Source of the DNA: Octopus bimaculoides | Taxonomy: Eukaryota | DNA: 64,000 bases | Assembly: GCF_001194135.2 (NCBI RefSeq) | Contig: NC_068981.1 | Coordinates: forward strand, 86,407,741-86,471,740 | Direction: 5' to 3' | Shown: one piece after another, positions 37,224 to 49,616 of the stretch | Layout: the number at the start of each line of letters is the position of its first letter | Position numbering within the stretch: position 1 is the stretch's first letter | Notes under the pieces: model-generated | Seen by the model: only the letters and a program-made list of their open reading frames with translations | What the model was told of the DNA's origin: nothing | Databases searched by the model: none | Program-made: the position numbers and the translations under genes

Positions 37224-38850
37224 GTGAGTTATTCGTGTTGCATATTTATGTTTGTTTACTCAATTAAACGGCACTTTAGCACACGTGGTCGTTTATTTTG
37301 CTTCATTTTTCCCTTCATTCAACTTTTGACCCAACTTTTTACGGGTTTTTATCATTTGACAGTAAATGTAGAAAGTATTGAAAATTAATTTTATTGTTTT
37401 AGGACTGATTTCACATTTCTTGAGAGACTGAAACGTAATTTCATCTAATGAATTAAATTTCTTACAAGCTTTAAGATTTGGTTAAACGTTTATAATTTTT
37501 ATTACCTGTTTGAGCAATTTCATGTAACTAATGTTGTTAATTTTCTTAGGAAAGGCATTCAGATCATAACATCTGCTTCTTTTCTTCCTCTATAAATGCA
37601 TGGTCTGTAACTGTTTAGAAGAATACAGCAGATCACTGGTACAATATGAAATCGGAACGGATACATAGTTTTGTATCACTCTAGCAAAACACTGTTCCGA
37701 GTAAAATTCCTGTCTTTATTTATCTCAGATCATCTCTGATCGAATATACCTTTGGTCATCTGATCATTTTTCCAGATATAGATTATTTAGCAATACATAA
37801 TTTATAGATTCTTCCTTTTCAAGGCGATAAGATATGGTTTTAGGGAAATTTGACTATTATGGTGACATAACAGCACCCCCTACACATAAACAAACAAACA
37901 CACAGTTATATTTTCTTCTGTTACTTCACTGTTAATTATGACAATACTTCGAGAATTTGGCTTTAGGATCAACACCACTAAAACCAACCCTATGGCTGCG
38001 ATACGTTGATGACACCTTTATTCTCTGGCCCCACCAGCAAGATGTCCAAATGCTGCTAGATCATGTGAACTCAATAAATCCATCCATACAGTTCACCATG
38101 GAAAAGGAACAGAACAATCAGCTGGCATTCCTGGACGTATTAATAACACGCACCGAGTATGGATTCAGGACATCCGTATATCGCAAGCCAACCTTCACTG
38201 GACGATACCTTAACTTCAATTCCCACCATCCATACAGTGTAAAGAGAGGAATTGCTCAGTGCCTAAAACACCGAGCAAAGAATATAAGTAGCGATCGTGA
38301 TNNNNNNNNNNNNNNNNNNNNNNNNNNNNNNNNNNNNNNNNNNNNNNNNNNNNNNNNNNNNNNNNNNNNNNNNNNNNNNNNNNNNNNNNNNNNNNNNNNN
38401 NNNNNNNNNNNNNNNNNNNNNNNNNNNNNNNNNNNNNNNNNNNNNNNNNNNNNNNNNNNNNNNNNNNNNNNNNNNNNNNNNNNNNNNNNNNNNNNNNNNN
38501 NNNNNNNNNNNNNNNNNNNNNNNNNNNNNNNNNNNNNNNNNNNNNNNNNNNNNNNNNNNNNNNNNNNNNNNNNNNNNNNNNNNNNNNNNNNNNNNNNNNN
38601 NNNNNNNNNNNNNNNNNNNNNNNNNNNNNNNNNNNNNNNNNNNNNNNNNNNNNNNNNNNNNNNNNNNNNNNNNNNNNNNNNNNNNNNNNNNNNNNNNNNN
38701 NNNNNNNNNNNNNNNNNNNNNNNNNNNNNNNNNNNNNNNNNNNNNNNNNNNNNNNNNNNNNNNNNNGAATAGCATATGGGAACCGGTATTGAGGAAGGAT
38801 AGAAAAATAATAGATTTATAAGCCTTAAAATTCACCCCATAATTGCCCAC

Positions 38851-38924
38851 GGGCATATGGCGTAGTGGTTAAGAGCGCGGGCTACTAACCCCAAGGTTCC
38901 GAGTTCGATTCACGGCAGCGACCT
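38851..38924 (+). other. tRNA-like Pol III module (A box TGGCGTAGTGG 38858-38868, B box GAGTTCGATTC 38901-38911)
   Basis: Box spacing and loop CT-ACT-AA are tRNA-like, but the stems do not form a functional cloverleaf. Confidence 0.7.
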
Positions 38925-39008
38925 GATTAATAATAATAATAATAGTATAATAATAATAATAATAGTAACACCGATAGGAATGAGAACCCAGGTTCGAAAT
39001 TTCCCCAA

Positions 39009-39054
39009 GACACCTGACGAAGGCTGGAGGGTATATCAGCCGAAACGTTGTGTT
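39009..39054 (+). ncRNA. Minimal type I hammerhead ribozyme of the Penelope type
   Basis: Stem I GACAC/GTGTT; core CTGACGA(A); stem II GGCTG/CAGCC; GAAA; palindromic stem III AACGTT; predicted cleavage after U39049. Confidence 0.75.
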
Positions 39055-39140
39055 AACAACAAACAAGATGAGGACGAATATCCGTCAAATGTAGATAATG
39101 TAAATAATGTAAATTAGCTTTACTTGTCAAGGTAGAATCC

Positions 39141-39555
39141 ATCTGCTTAACCATTCCATACCATTTATATTCCACAGTCAAAACCCACTTTGCAGCAATA
39201 TACCTTATTCCATCTTAGGTATAGTTTAGTGGTTTAAATTCTTATGGATCCAGCAGATGAAGATAATCCTGAGAATGCAACAAATTTGTTCATATTTAAT
39301 ATTAATTTTTTCACATTGGTATAATGTCTCAAATATTGGATGATGATAATGTCAATTGACTCAACATCAGTACCTAATATAATAGGAAGTCTTGCCAAAA
39401 ATTTGAAACCTGAACTCTCAGTCCAATGGTTATATTTTGATCATGTGTCAGGGACAATTTAAATCACTAAACTACACCTAAGATGGAATAAGGTATATTG
39501 TTGCCAAGTGGGTCTTGACTGTGGAACATAAATGGTTTGAAATGGTTGAGCAGAT
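39141..39555. mobile_element. MITE with TIRs of about 100 bp in NOM1 intron 1
   Basis: 39141-39240 is the reverse complement of 39456-39555 at about 90% identity (e.g. ccacagtcaaaacccactttgcagcaatataccttattccatcttagg). Confidence 0.8.
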
Positions 39556-40284
39556 TTTTTTTCTATTGTTTTTCTTGCATGGAAAGAAACCTTTTTTTTT
39601 TTGTTGTTGTTGTTGTTGAAGTGGCGATGGCCAGTCAAAATAATTTTCAACTCTTCTCTGGCTTATAAAAACCACAGGTAATGGCTATGACAGAGTATAC
39701 ATCTCAAGAAGAACCTTGACCTGGACATTAGAACTAGACTGAGAAACTTTGACACTAATATTATAACTAATAAATTTTGGCACAGGACTAGCAAGTTTGG
39801 GGTAGGAGGTAAATCATATTGACTCCAGTGCTCAAATGATACTTATTTTATTGACCCTGAAAGGATGAAAGGCAAAGTCGACCTTGGATAACTGATAAAT
39901 ATTATAGCCATGAACATGTTGCACTAGACACCTTCAGCAAACTGTGACTCAACTGCAACATCAGTATTTGATGGAAGGACTAACAACTAGCTTGTTTATG
40001 CACTTGTCAAAAACTGCTAGCATTTTAACTTGTAGTTTCCAGCTGTCATTCAACTCAAAATCTAAGAGAATATGACATACTGCAAGTCCTTTTATCTTGA
40101 CTGATTCTTTGATATACTCATTCCTCCATACATGCTTAGTATTAATTATTTGAAACAAAAAAGTTGATTTAAAAGAAAAAAAAATATATACAAGGTGTAA
40201 TGAACTAAACCTCAGCAAATATTCTCATCACTATTAGCTGGAAGAATTTCATAGATGTGAAATATAATTTAATACAACCAGTAC

Positions 40285-40321
<37 letters not shown>

Positions 40322-40352
40322 TTATAACAGGTTTGTTTCATATTTTTTCCAG

Positions 40353-40481
40353 ATCCCAACTTTAGAAAATATAAATAATTCTAAAGCATCTGAAGAAGCA
40401 GAGCAACAAAAGAAAAGGAATGCTGTGAGAAATAGAAAAAGGAAAATATCACGTAAAAAGAAAAAAACGAAGCTAAAAGAA
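40353..40481 (+). CDS. NOM1: NOM1 exon 2 (IPTLENINNSKASEEAEQQKKRNAVRNRKRKISRKKKKTKLKE)
   Basis: ttttttccag acceptor and gtatgt donor, 129 nt, phase 0-0. Lys/Arg-rich, NLS/NoLS-like. Confidence 0.85.
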
Positions 40482-41949
40482 GTATGTACAGCCATGTTAT
40501 TAGTGAACTAAAATGCATTGCCCAGTTCTGATCATCACCATCATCATTTAGCATTCATTTTTCCATGTTTGCATGGGTCAGATGGAATTTATTGAGATAG
40601 ATTTTTCTGTGGTCAACTTTTACCTGTTTCTAGGCAAGGTAACATCTCCCCATAGCCAAGCATGTTTTTTATGGAAGAAATGAACAACATCGCTTGTATG
40701 TTGGTGATGTTTGTTTACAATTATCACATGATGTCAAGGTACACACATGCATATATATATATATATATAAAACAGGCTTTTCTCAGTTTCTGTTGACCAG
40801 GTCCACTCACAAGGCTTTTGTTGGCCTGGGAATGTAGTAGAAGATTCTTGCCCAAGGTGTCACACAGTGGGATTGAACCAGAGACCATATGGTTAAGAAG
40901 CAGGCTTATTAACCACACAGCTATGCATGTGCCTGTTCACATAGTGATGTCTGTGCCTATAACTATTTTTATTCTATTTTTGATTATTTTTCTAATACTT
41001 TGATTGTTATATTTACCATTTTATTCTTTTATTCTTTTTCCATTATTCCTGAGTAGCAAGAAAGTACATTCTTTAAATTAAAAGTCTGCTGTCCTGTATT
41101 AAGAAAATGCTTTTTATTTTATGTGTGTATGTGTAGAAGCAACTACAATGACATTCTTTATTTGTTTATGAGGCTCATGTCTTTTCTAATAATAAATTTG
41201 AATAATTATTTAAAGATATTTAAATTTATCATTTGTATTAAAAATAAATAAAACTTGTATTTTTAACCCAGGAAAACATCTTCATGTTTGATAATATAAA
41301 CCCTTTACTCTCATGTTACAAAATAAAGGGTGACATTAAAGAACTGAAATTGCTGGGAGTTAAGCAAGCTATCCATCCTTGTGACCTCTACAGTGATTTC
41401 TGGGGAATTACTCTGCTATCACACTTGCTGGACAAAGCAGGGTTACTGCTCATTCAGCTATCTAAATGGCAAGGTCTACATAGACATTTCTTAATTGTTT
41501 TCTTTTGATGATAGGTTTTGTGTGCCTAAAATATATAAAGGTTATTCATCTTATCTCTTTGCATTGTTAGAAGCTCTCCTTTTTATTTCATCATCATCAT
41601 CATCATCGTTTAACGTCTGCTTTCCATGCTAGCATGGGTTGGAAGTTTTGACTGGGGACTGGTGAAACCAGATGGCTACACCAGGCTCCAATCTGATTTG
41701 GCAGAGTTTCTACAGCTGGATGCCCTTCCTAACGCCAACCACCCCGAGAGTGAATAAAATTATATATATATATTTTTTTGAATAAAATTATATATAAAAT
41801 TTTTTGAATAAAATTATATATATATATTTTTTTAATGTTTGTTCCCTCCTGGACCTACTTGGAGGTCCTGGGACATGCATTCTTTGTGCTCCAACCCCAC
41901 ACTTCCCAGACTAAGTTGTAGGCTTATTGCTGGTTGTACCAGCATTGTG

Positions 41950-42295
41950 ATGGTGCATGGCTCAATGGTTAGAGCACTGGGCTCACTATCATGAGGTAAT
42001 GAGTTTAATTCCCAGACTGGGCTATGTGTTGTGTTCGTGAGCAAGACACTTTATTTCATGTTGCTCCAGTTCACTCAACTGTAGAAATGAGTTGCAAAGT
42101 CACTGGTGCCAAGCTGTATCTGCCTTTGTCTTTCCCTTGGATAACATTGGTAGCGTGGAGAGGGGAGGCTGGTATGCATGGGCGACTGCTGGTCTTCCAT
42201 AAAAACAACCTTGGTTGGACTTGTGCCTTGGAAGGTAACTTTCTAGGTGCAATCTCATGATCATTCATGACCGAAGGTGGTCTTTACCCTTTACC
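41950..42295 (+). mobile_element. tRNA-derived SINE with CORE-like central region
   Basis: tggctcaatggttagagc...gagtttaattcccag head; gagcaagacactttatttca...ttcactcaactgtagaaatgag; (acccttt)n tail. Confidence 0.65.
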
Positions 42296-42678
42296 AGCAT
42301 TGGGTGAAGACCGCAATATAATTTTTGAACAGACCTAAGATCCAAATGCATCGCTTATTAACCTACACAACAAATGATGCTTCTTCTTTCAAACCCTTTT
42401 CATATTGCTGTTTGTGGTGGTCTTATTCACACCAGGTACCAACTTGGTAATTACATTGGAAAGTGTAACGATGGCTGCTTCTGATAGAACCTCAGTGGAA
42501 GAAGTACCTGAGGACTCTACCCCCCACAACCCTCCTAGGAAAAATGGATGGAGAAGATGGATGAATATATTTTTTTCTTTTGCTAACATTTATTTATCTA
42601 AGTGTTGCTACTTTATTTTTCTCTAATTTTACATTATTTGGTGGCTTTATCTGATCAAGTACTTGCTTCTATTTTCAG

Positions 42679-42877
42679 TTACAATTAAATCCAGTTGAGA
42701 GTGATGATGACAAAGAAAGTGAAGAGGAAGAAGACACTAATGTACAAATGATCAGAAAACGACAGAATCAGGCAGCTATAAAAAATGAAGAGAGGGCTAT
42801 TAAAGAACTTGAAAAGAAGCTTGGTCTGAAGAAAAGAAAGACTCTGCCTCAGTCGTTTATAGATGATGGCTTAGGCT
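42679..42877 (+). CDS. NOM1: NOM1 exon 3 (LQLNPVESDDD...EERAIKELEKKLGLKKRKTLPQSFIDDGLG)
   Basis: attttcag acceptor and gtatcc donor, 199 nt, phase 0-1. The IKELEKKLGL...PQSF..DGL motif is typical of NOM1/Sgd1. Confidence 0.93.
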
Positions 42878-43012
42878 GTATCCTTTAATGAAAAATCATT
42901 AATAGTTTAATTACAAATACTTTTATGAAAATGTTATTAAGGATCTATTTATTTTTTTAATAGTAATTATATAACGGCTATTTTACATAATCTAGTTGAT
43001 AGCTTATAGAGT

Positions 43013-43985
43013 AGGCCTCAGCCAGTCCACTTATGCGTATCTTCCTTCATTGGACACTAAACTCCACTTGCGAAGACCTGTTGAGGCAAGTGAAATCGAA
43101 ATCGAGTTAAATTCGATGGTCGTCTCCTTCATTGGACACGAAACTCAGCTTGCGAAGACTTATTGGGGCAAGCGAAAGTGAAATCGTGATGGCACCTGTG
43201 CCCAGCGTCGCCTTTCTGGCACTTGTGCCCGCGGCATGTGTAAGGACTTCNNNNNNNNNNNNNNNNNNNNNNNNNNNNNNNNNNNNNNNNNNNNNNNNNN
43301 NNNNNNNNNNNNNNNNNNNNNNNNNNNNNNNNNNNNNGTTAGGAAGGGCATCCAGCTGTAGAAACTCTGCCAATTGGAAATATGCTGTGCGTGAGAAGAC
43401 CCGGCAAGCCAAGTGAGCCCTAAATCTAAGGTCTCAGCCAGTCCACTTATGCATACCTTCCTTCATTGGACACTAAACTCTACTTGCGAAGACCTGTTGA
43501 GGCAAGTGAAATCGAAATCGAGTTAAATTTGACGACTGGCACCCATGCCAACGTCGTCTCCTTCATTGGACACGAAACTCAGCTTGCGAAGACTTATTGG
43601 GGCAAGCGAAAGTGAAATCGTGATGGCACCTGTGCCCAGCGTCGCCTTTCTGGCACTTGTGCCCGCGGCATGTGTAAGGACTTCTGAGAGAGATCGTTGC
43701 CAGTGCCCATGGACTGGCTCTTGTGCAGGTGGAACGTAAAATACATCATTCTGATCGTGGCCGTTGCCAGTACCGCCTGACTGGCTTTCGTGCCGGTGGC
43801 ACGTAAAAGCACCCGCTACACTCTCTGAGTGGTTGACGTTAGGAAGGGCATCCAGCTGTAGAAACTCTGCCAAATCAGAATGGAGCCTGGTGTTGCCATC
43901 TGGTTTCACCAGTCCTCAGTCAAATCGTCCAACCCATGCTAGCATGGAAAGCGGACGTTAAACGACGATGATGATGATGATGAAT
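43013..43985 (+). mobile_element. Composite/tandem RTE 3' UTR repeat (duplicated unit of about 420 bp across a gap) ending in (GAT)n
   Basis: 43013-43250 repeats at 43430-43680; REKTRQAK end at 43390-43416. Confidence 0.75.
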
Positions 43986-44804
43986 CCCATACAGAAAGGT
44001 TTTATCTGTAATTAGTATAACAGTACATTTGTTATTTACTACAAATATGAGTATTGTACTAGAGTCTGTATTAAAAGTTAATTGATTGACTAATGAAGAT
44101 GCTGTATGGTAAAGCTAATACAGGATAACATGGCAAATTGTATGTTATTTAAATTTTATATGAGAGTTTGAAATTTTGGGGAGGTGGTCATGTAGATAAG
44201 AATCAATTTCTTGAACTGAGGAAAGCATTTAACAGACTTCATAATATTTAGTCTGATGCACAGTTATGTGAAAGAGCAGATGGAAGCTTTTCAGGCTGTG
44301 TTAGATTGTACTGGAAGCATGATTTTGCTACATCCAGTGAGGCAGTAAAGCTCCAGATTTTCACAGATTATTTCTATATAAATACCTTCATTTTATTTAT
44401 TAGGTTTAATTATATGGCTGGGTCTAATTTACTTTATTCTAAGCATTGAACTGCTCTCCTTAATAATATTTAGTATCAGTTTTCATTACCCATCCACCAT
44501 TTTTCAGTTTTCTTATTGTATAACAACACTATCTCAAACATTTTTCACCACATAATCAATTCCTGTAATATCCATTATCTTTCTCAGCTCATTTTGCATG
44601 TTCACCTCTCATCCTAGTTAAGCATTGTTTGTTTTCTTTGAAAACTCTGTGGTTGTGTGGTAAGGAGCTTGCTTCCCAACCACATGGTTTTGGGTTCAGT
44701 CCCACTACATGGCGCCTTGGGCCCTACTATAGCGTCGGGTTAACCAAAGCCTTGTGAGTGGATTTGGTAGAGTGAAACTCAAAGAAACCTGTTGTATATA
44801 TCTA

Positions 44805-46276
44805 TAGGGTACGGCAAAATGATCTGACATATTTGTAGGTTTAGTAAAAGCAAAAAAGAGTGAAGAACAAAAAATGTGTTTTTATTTTCAAAATGTACAT
44901 ATAATGCCATTTTGTTTCATTTGGTTTTAAAAATGAAATTGGTACAGTGGGTGCTGTTACAGTTCACACACTGTCAAAGGTGTTCACGAAAGTTGTCCAT
45001 AACTTGATGTATCATTTCATGTGGAACGGCCTCTTTTAATTGTTCAAAAGCTCAAGGGCAATTTCAGGTATCCCCACAGAAAAAAAATCACACGGGTTCA
45101 AATCAGGTGATCAGGCGAGCCAACCAATGTCACTGTGCAATGTGATCAAATGACTGGAGAACACCTCCCTCAAAATCCCCATTGCACGTTGAGAAGTGTG
45201 GGCTGTTGCCTCATCCTGTTAAAACCAAACAGTGTCCCTATCATCAACTTCATTCAATATGGATTTCAGGAAAATCTTTAGCATCACACAGTATTGATCA
45301 AAGTTCACAGTCACTGTGATATTGTTTTCTTCGAAGAAGTACGGTCTCCAAATGCCAAATTCTGCCACTACACACCATACAGTCACCCAAGGACAATGAA
45401 AAGGGTGTTCATGCAACTCACGAGGGTTGTTCTTGGCCCAGTATTGGAAGTTTCGCTTATTCATGCTGCCACACAGGTGAAAAGGGGCCTCGTCACTGAA
45501 CAACACAAGAGTTGCACGGGGGACATGTTGAATTTCCAAACACAATGCTCTGTGAGTTTCAAAGTCTTTTTCGCTGAGTTCTTGTGCCAAAACCATTTTG
45601 TATTTGCAGTTCTACACTCTCTGAGTGGTTGGCGTTAGGAAGGGCATCCAGCTGTAGAAACTCTGCCAAATTTAGATTGGAGCCTGGTGTTGCCATCTGG
45701 TTTCACCAGTCCTCAGTCAAATCGTCCAACCCATGCTAGCATGGAAAGCGGACGTTAAACGATGATGATGAGTTCCTTGTGAAGAATTCTTCACAAACTT
45801 CTATTGGAAAACCTAAGAGCCGTGGCGTGTTTCCATGCAGAACGTTGTGGAGAATGTTGAACTGAAGCTCTTACTGCTGGCACATTTTCCAGAGTTCCGG
45901 CAGTCTGAGGTCGGCTGATTGATTTTCGTTTCAATGCTGATATCCACTAGCTCTGAAGTTGGTAACCCGTAATAGAATCATGTTTCAAGTAGGCACGGGG
46001 TCATGTCTACCAAGCCTGAAGTGCACACGGAATGTTCTTCATGTTGCAGTTACAGATTCGTTGTTCTTGATAAATGTTTCCACGATAAAAGTGCGATGCT
46101 CACCTGTCCAAGTCATGTTGGCAACTGAAAATGAAATGAAACAAAATGTCAGAAATGGCACCAATTGAAACAAAATGGCATGATATGTACATTTCGAAAA
46201 CAAAAACACATTTTTTTGTTCTTTACTTCTCTTTTATTAAACCTACAAATGTGTCAGATCATTTTGCCACACCCTG
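44805..46276 (-). mobile_element. Full-length DD41D (rosa/Visitor-type) Tc1/mariner element, inactivated, interrupted by an RTE-tail insertion at about 45613-45770
   Basis: TIRs of about 115 bp (C/T)AGGGT..GGCAAAATGATCTGACA, with TA on both sides (44803-4, 46277-8). FSDEA; from WF*QD to SPDLNPCD there are 41 residues between the 2nd and 3rd Asp (counted); in-frame stops. Confidence 0.9.
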
Positions 46277-46832
46277 TATATGTATGTGTCCTTGTGTCTG
46301 TTTTTGTCTTCCTAACCCTCTACACTCTCTGAGTGGTTGGCGTTAGGAAGGGCATCCAGCCGTAGAAACTCTGCCAAATTAGATTGGAGCCTGGTGTTGC
46401 CATCCGGTTTCACCAGTCCTCAGTCAAATCGTCCAACCCATGCTAGCATGGAAGGCGGACGTTAAACGATGATGATGATGATGATGATGATCACCACCAC
46501 TTGACAACTGGTGTTGGTGTATTTACATCCCTGTAACTTAGCAGTTCAGCAAAAGAGACTGATAGAATAAGTACTAGGCTTTAAAAAAATAAGTCCTGGG
46601 GTAGATTATTTGTTCAAATGACTGAAATAAGTTAAAGAAAAAAGTAATAGAAGAATATATATATATATATATAAATAGAGAGAAAGAGAGATTGGTTGTT
46701 TGCATGACAAAATGGATATACACATGCATGTGCATAAAAGTATGGCCATTAGTGTTGCACCTTGCATTCTTATTTTTCTATTTAATATTCAGTGAATGTT
46801 ACCCAATTTATTGTTCTTTAAATATGTTCAAG

Positions 46833-47057
46833 ATATTCTTGATGTGGCTGGAGATTTTAAAAATTGTGGCCTTCCCCTCAAAAAGGAAAATGGAAATGAT
46901 TCAGATTCAGCCAGTGATAAATCTGAAGATGATGAAAAGAAAGACAGTGATTCAGAAATGGTTGGTGAAAATTGTGATGATGACAATGATGTTGAGGATG
47001 ATGATTTTGATGATGATGATGATGATGACAGTGAAAGTATTCCAGAACTTGTAGAAG
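46833..47057 (+). CDS. NOM1: NOM1 exon 4 (Y-ILDVAGDF...acidic tract...SESIPELVE)
   Basis: gttcaag acceptor and gtaaca donor, 225 nt, phase 1-1. Completes DGLG-Y-IL; Asp/Glu-rich low-complexity tract. Confidence 0.92.
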
Positions 47058-47279
47058 GTAACATTATTTCCTCCTTTTTTTAAGAGGAGGTTTAACAATT
47101 ATTTTCCTTTTTTGGGTTTTATTATTATTTTTTTTTTTAGATTTTAATGGGTTTTATATTTTTTTAGATTTAATAAAACAAAAGGGTCTTGCAGATAAAT
47201 TGAGACAATTTTTATGATGCCTAAAACTGGTTATAAATTCTAAAATAATGGTAGCAGACATATAATTTTAATGTAACAT

Positions 47280-48240
47280 TGATTAAAACAAAAAATATTT
47301 ATCACTCAATATGGCCGCCCTTTTGGGCAATTACTGCCTCCACATGAGAATGAAATTTTTGACAGCTGCTGCAACCTCCACTTTTTTGATTTTGTGTGGT
47401 GAAGCATTGGTCCTTGCTTGAAGTACACCCCATTAAAAATAATTGAAAAGGTTGAGATCTAGGCTATTACTGGGCCTTATGTTGGCCCTCACAAAAAACA
47501 GGATGGCCTGTGTTGCTTTTGACCTATGCCATGGTGCAGAATCCTGGATAAGCACCACATTGTCAAGCTCAAACTTCTGCTCCATCTAAGGTAACAGAGA
47601 GTTCTTCAGGATATCCAGATGCTCCTTCAAGCCACACTCAATGAAGTGTGGATCCATGGATACTTCTATTATTTGCCATGGCTCCAAATACCATTACAGA
47701 GGTGGGATTCTTAGTCTCAAATACAGCAGGGACATCAGAAGGTTGTATGCAATCACTTGAGAATTTCAGCATCCACGGTGACCTTCTTGTCTATGAACAT
47801 GAGAGTTTTTCCTGCACCTTGATGCTTGATGACTGACAGAAGCTTTGGACATCTCTTAGCTCTGATTGCTTTGGCCTTGGCTGTTAGGAGTTGATGGCAT
47901 CATTGAACATAGCTAGTCATACCAAGGTTCCTGTTCACAGCTCTGGATACCGTGGAAAGGGACACATTGCATTTCTTTGCAAGAGTTGTCATGGAAGTGG
48001 ATGGGTTGGCCTCAATTGAGTGTTTGAGGCCAGTGAGAAACTTTGAATTGCACTTGGAATCACTTCGAGTCTTGTGTTCTATTCTATCAGTTTTTCCCTC
48101 TTCTTTAAATTGTTTATACACATGATAAACTGTTGCTTTTGCAAGTTTCGTCAACTTAACAATTTTATTGGCGGTGTGCCCGGTGCACACCAAAACAACA
48201 ATGGCAGAATGATTCTGTTGTTTCAAACAAGCATGGTTTT
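47280..48240 (-). mobile_element. Tc1/mariner superfamily relic, probably maT/DD37D-like
   Basis: HTH N-terminus MKQQNHSAI...ATVYHVYKQFKE...NPSTSMTTLAKKCNVSLSTVSRAV, and a degenerate WPSNSLDLNL..Y..WG motif near 47440-47480. Confidence 0.75.
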
Positions 48241-49082
48241 GTCAAAAAATTAAATGTTAAACCAACTAAGTCAACTGCTTAAAAGTGATTTCAGTTTATC
48301 TGCAATACATGAGTAGATCCAAATAAATATAGCACATAATAATATCTGGCTTGATTGTAGGTATAATTGACATTCCATCGGTTAGGTGGATGAGGGTTCC
48401 AGTTGATTGATCACTCCACAGGGCATGTGTATCCTTAACATAGTTCTCAGAGAGATTCAGCATGGCACAGCCTGTGATAAGGCTGATCCTTTGAAATACA
48501 GGTACTACTCATTTTTGCCAGATGAGTGGACTAGAGCAACATGAAATAAAAAAACTTGCTCAAGGATAAAACATGCCAGGAATCAAACCCACAACCTTAC
48601 AATTGTGAGCTTAATACCCTAACCACTAAGTCATGTGTCTAACTTGTTGAAAGTAGTTTTTAAAATTAAAAATGTTTTTGCATTGGGTAAACTTTTTTTT
48701 TTTTTCATCTCATGAAATTAAACCAAGATGCTGATGACTTGGTTCTTATTACAGAATTTACACAGCTGATGTTTGAGACTTAGATACAATAATAACTCAG
48801 GTCAAAAGATGTGAGAATGAATGTAGGCAAGATGAGAAAACAGCACTAGGGTTTGGGTCTTGTTCAGCATGTTGAAAGGAATATTTAAAAAATAGAAATT
48901 CTGGGAGGTTTTATGAAAGAAGAATATTATTCTTTTGTGATATATTTTTAATAAGGGAAGTCTTTTTAAAACAGTTATTTTTGCTTTGTTATTACTCTAA
49001 TTATTGTAATGCATTTTTTTTGTTTTAGTAACTAACATGGTATCATCTAAAATTTATTGAGGGTTTTTATTTTCTTTGCAAG

Positions 49083-49389
49083 ATACTAAAACCAAACAGG
49101 CTCCCATTTTGAAAAGGCCAGCGATAGAAGACTGTTCAGAGAAATCCATCACAAAAAAGGTCAAATTTGATGATTCAGTCCCAGTGCCAAAGACAAAACA
49201 AGTGAAGTTAACTGAGCAAAGTAATGATTCCTTGAAAGAAGACATTTATGGTCGGTTACGAGACGCTGATGGAAAGGTTGTGAATTCAAAACCAACTGGT
49301 TACATTCCTCCAGCCTTGCGACAGAACTTATCTGATGCTAATGCTATAGATGCAAAACTAAATAAACAAATGAAAGGACTTGTTAATCG
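49083..49389 (+). CDS. NOM1: NOM1 exon 5 (D-TKTKQAP...EDIYGRLRD...GYIPPALR...KQMKGLVN-R)
   Basis: ttgcaag acceptor and gtgagg donor, 307 nt, phase 1-2. EDIYG, YIPPALR and KGLVNR motifs of NOM1. Confidence 0.95.
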
Positions 49390-49581
49390 GTGAGGAGACA
49401 GCTTTTTTTTTTTAATTAATTATTTCATTTTCTGTTTCTTTCTTAATTATCAACATAATGTTCATGAGATGATAGATGAACGNNNNNNNNNNNNNNNNNN
49501 NNNNNNNNNNNNNNNNNNNNNNNNNNNNNNNNNNNNNNNNNNNNNNNNNNNNNNNNNNNNNNNNAACTGGAAGAAGCCCAT

Positions 49582-49616
<35 letters not shown>

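Larger units (their letters stand above)
37941..39107 (+). mobile_element. Penelope-like retroelement, 5'-truncated (RT C-terminal half, gap, ORF end, tRNA-like module, hammerhead-bearing terminal repeat)
   Basis: ORF 37957 reads WLRYVDDTF...IQFTME.E....LAFLDV...VYRKPT.TGRYL.F.SHHP, diagnostic of Penelope/Poseidon RTs. ORF ends at 38821. 3' end carries CTGACGA...GAAACGT. Confidence 0.92.

Noticed and set aside
35994-38856. Long ORFs spanning N runs (e.g. 35994-36500, 38263-38856, 38297-38821)
   Set aside because: Artefacts of translating assembly gaps; only the PLE RT portion is real.
43013-43560. Tandem duplication of about 420 bp as a novel satellite
   Set aside because: The two copies flank an N gap and may be an assembly duplication of a common repeat.
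46692-47064. Alternative-frame and antisense ORFs over NOM1 exon 4
   Set aside because: Shadows of the (GAT)n-rich acidic coding tract.
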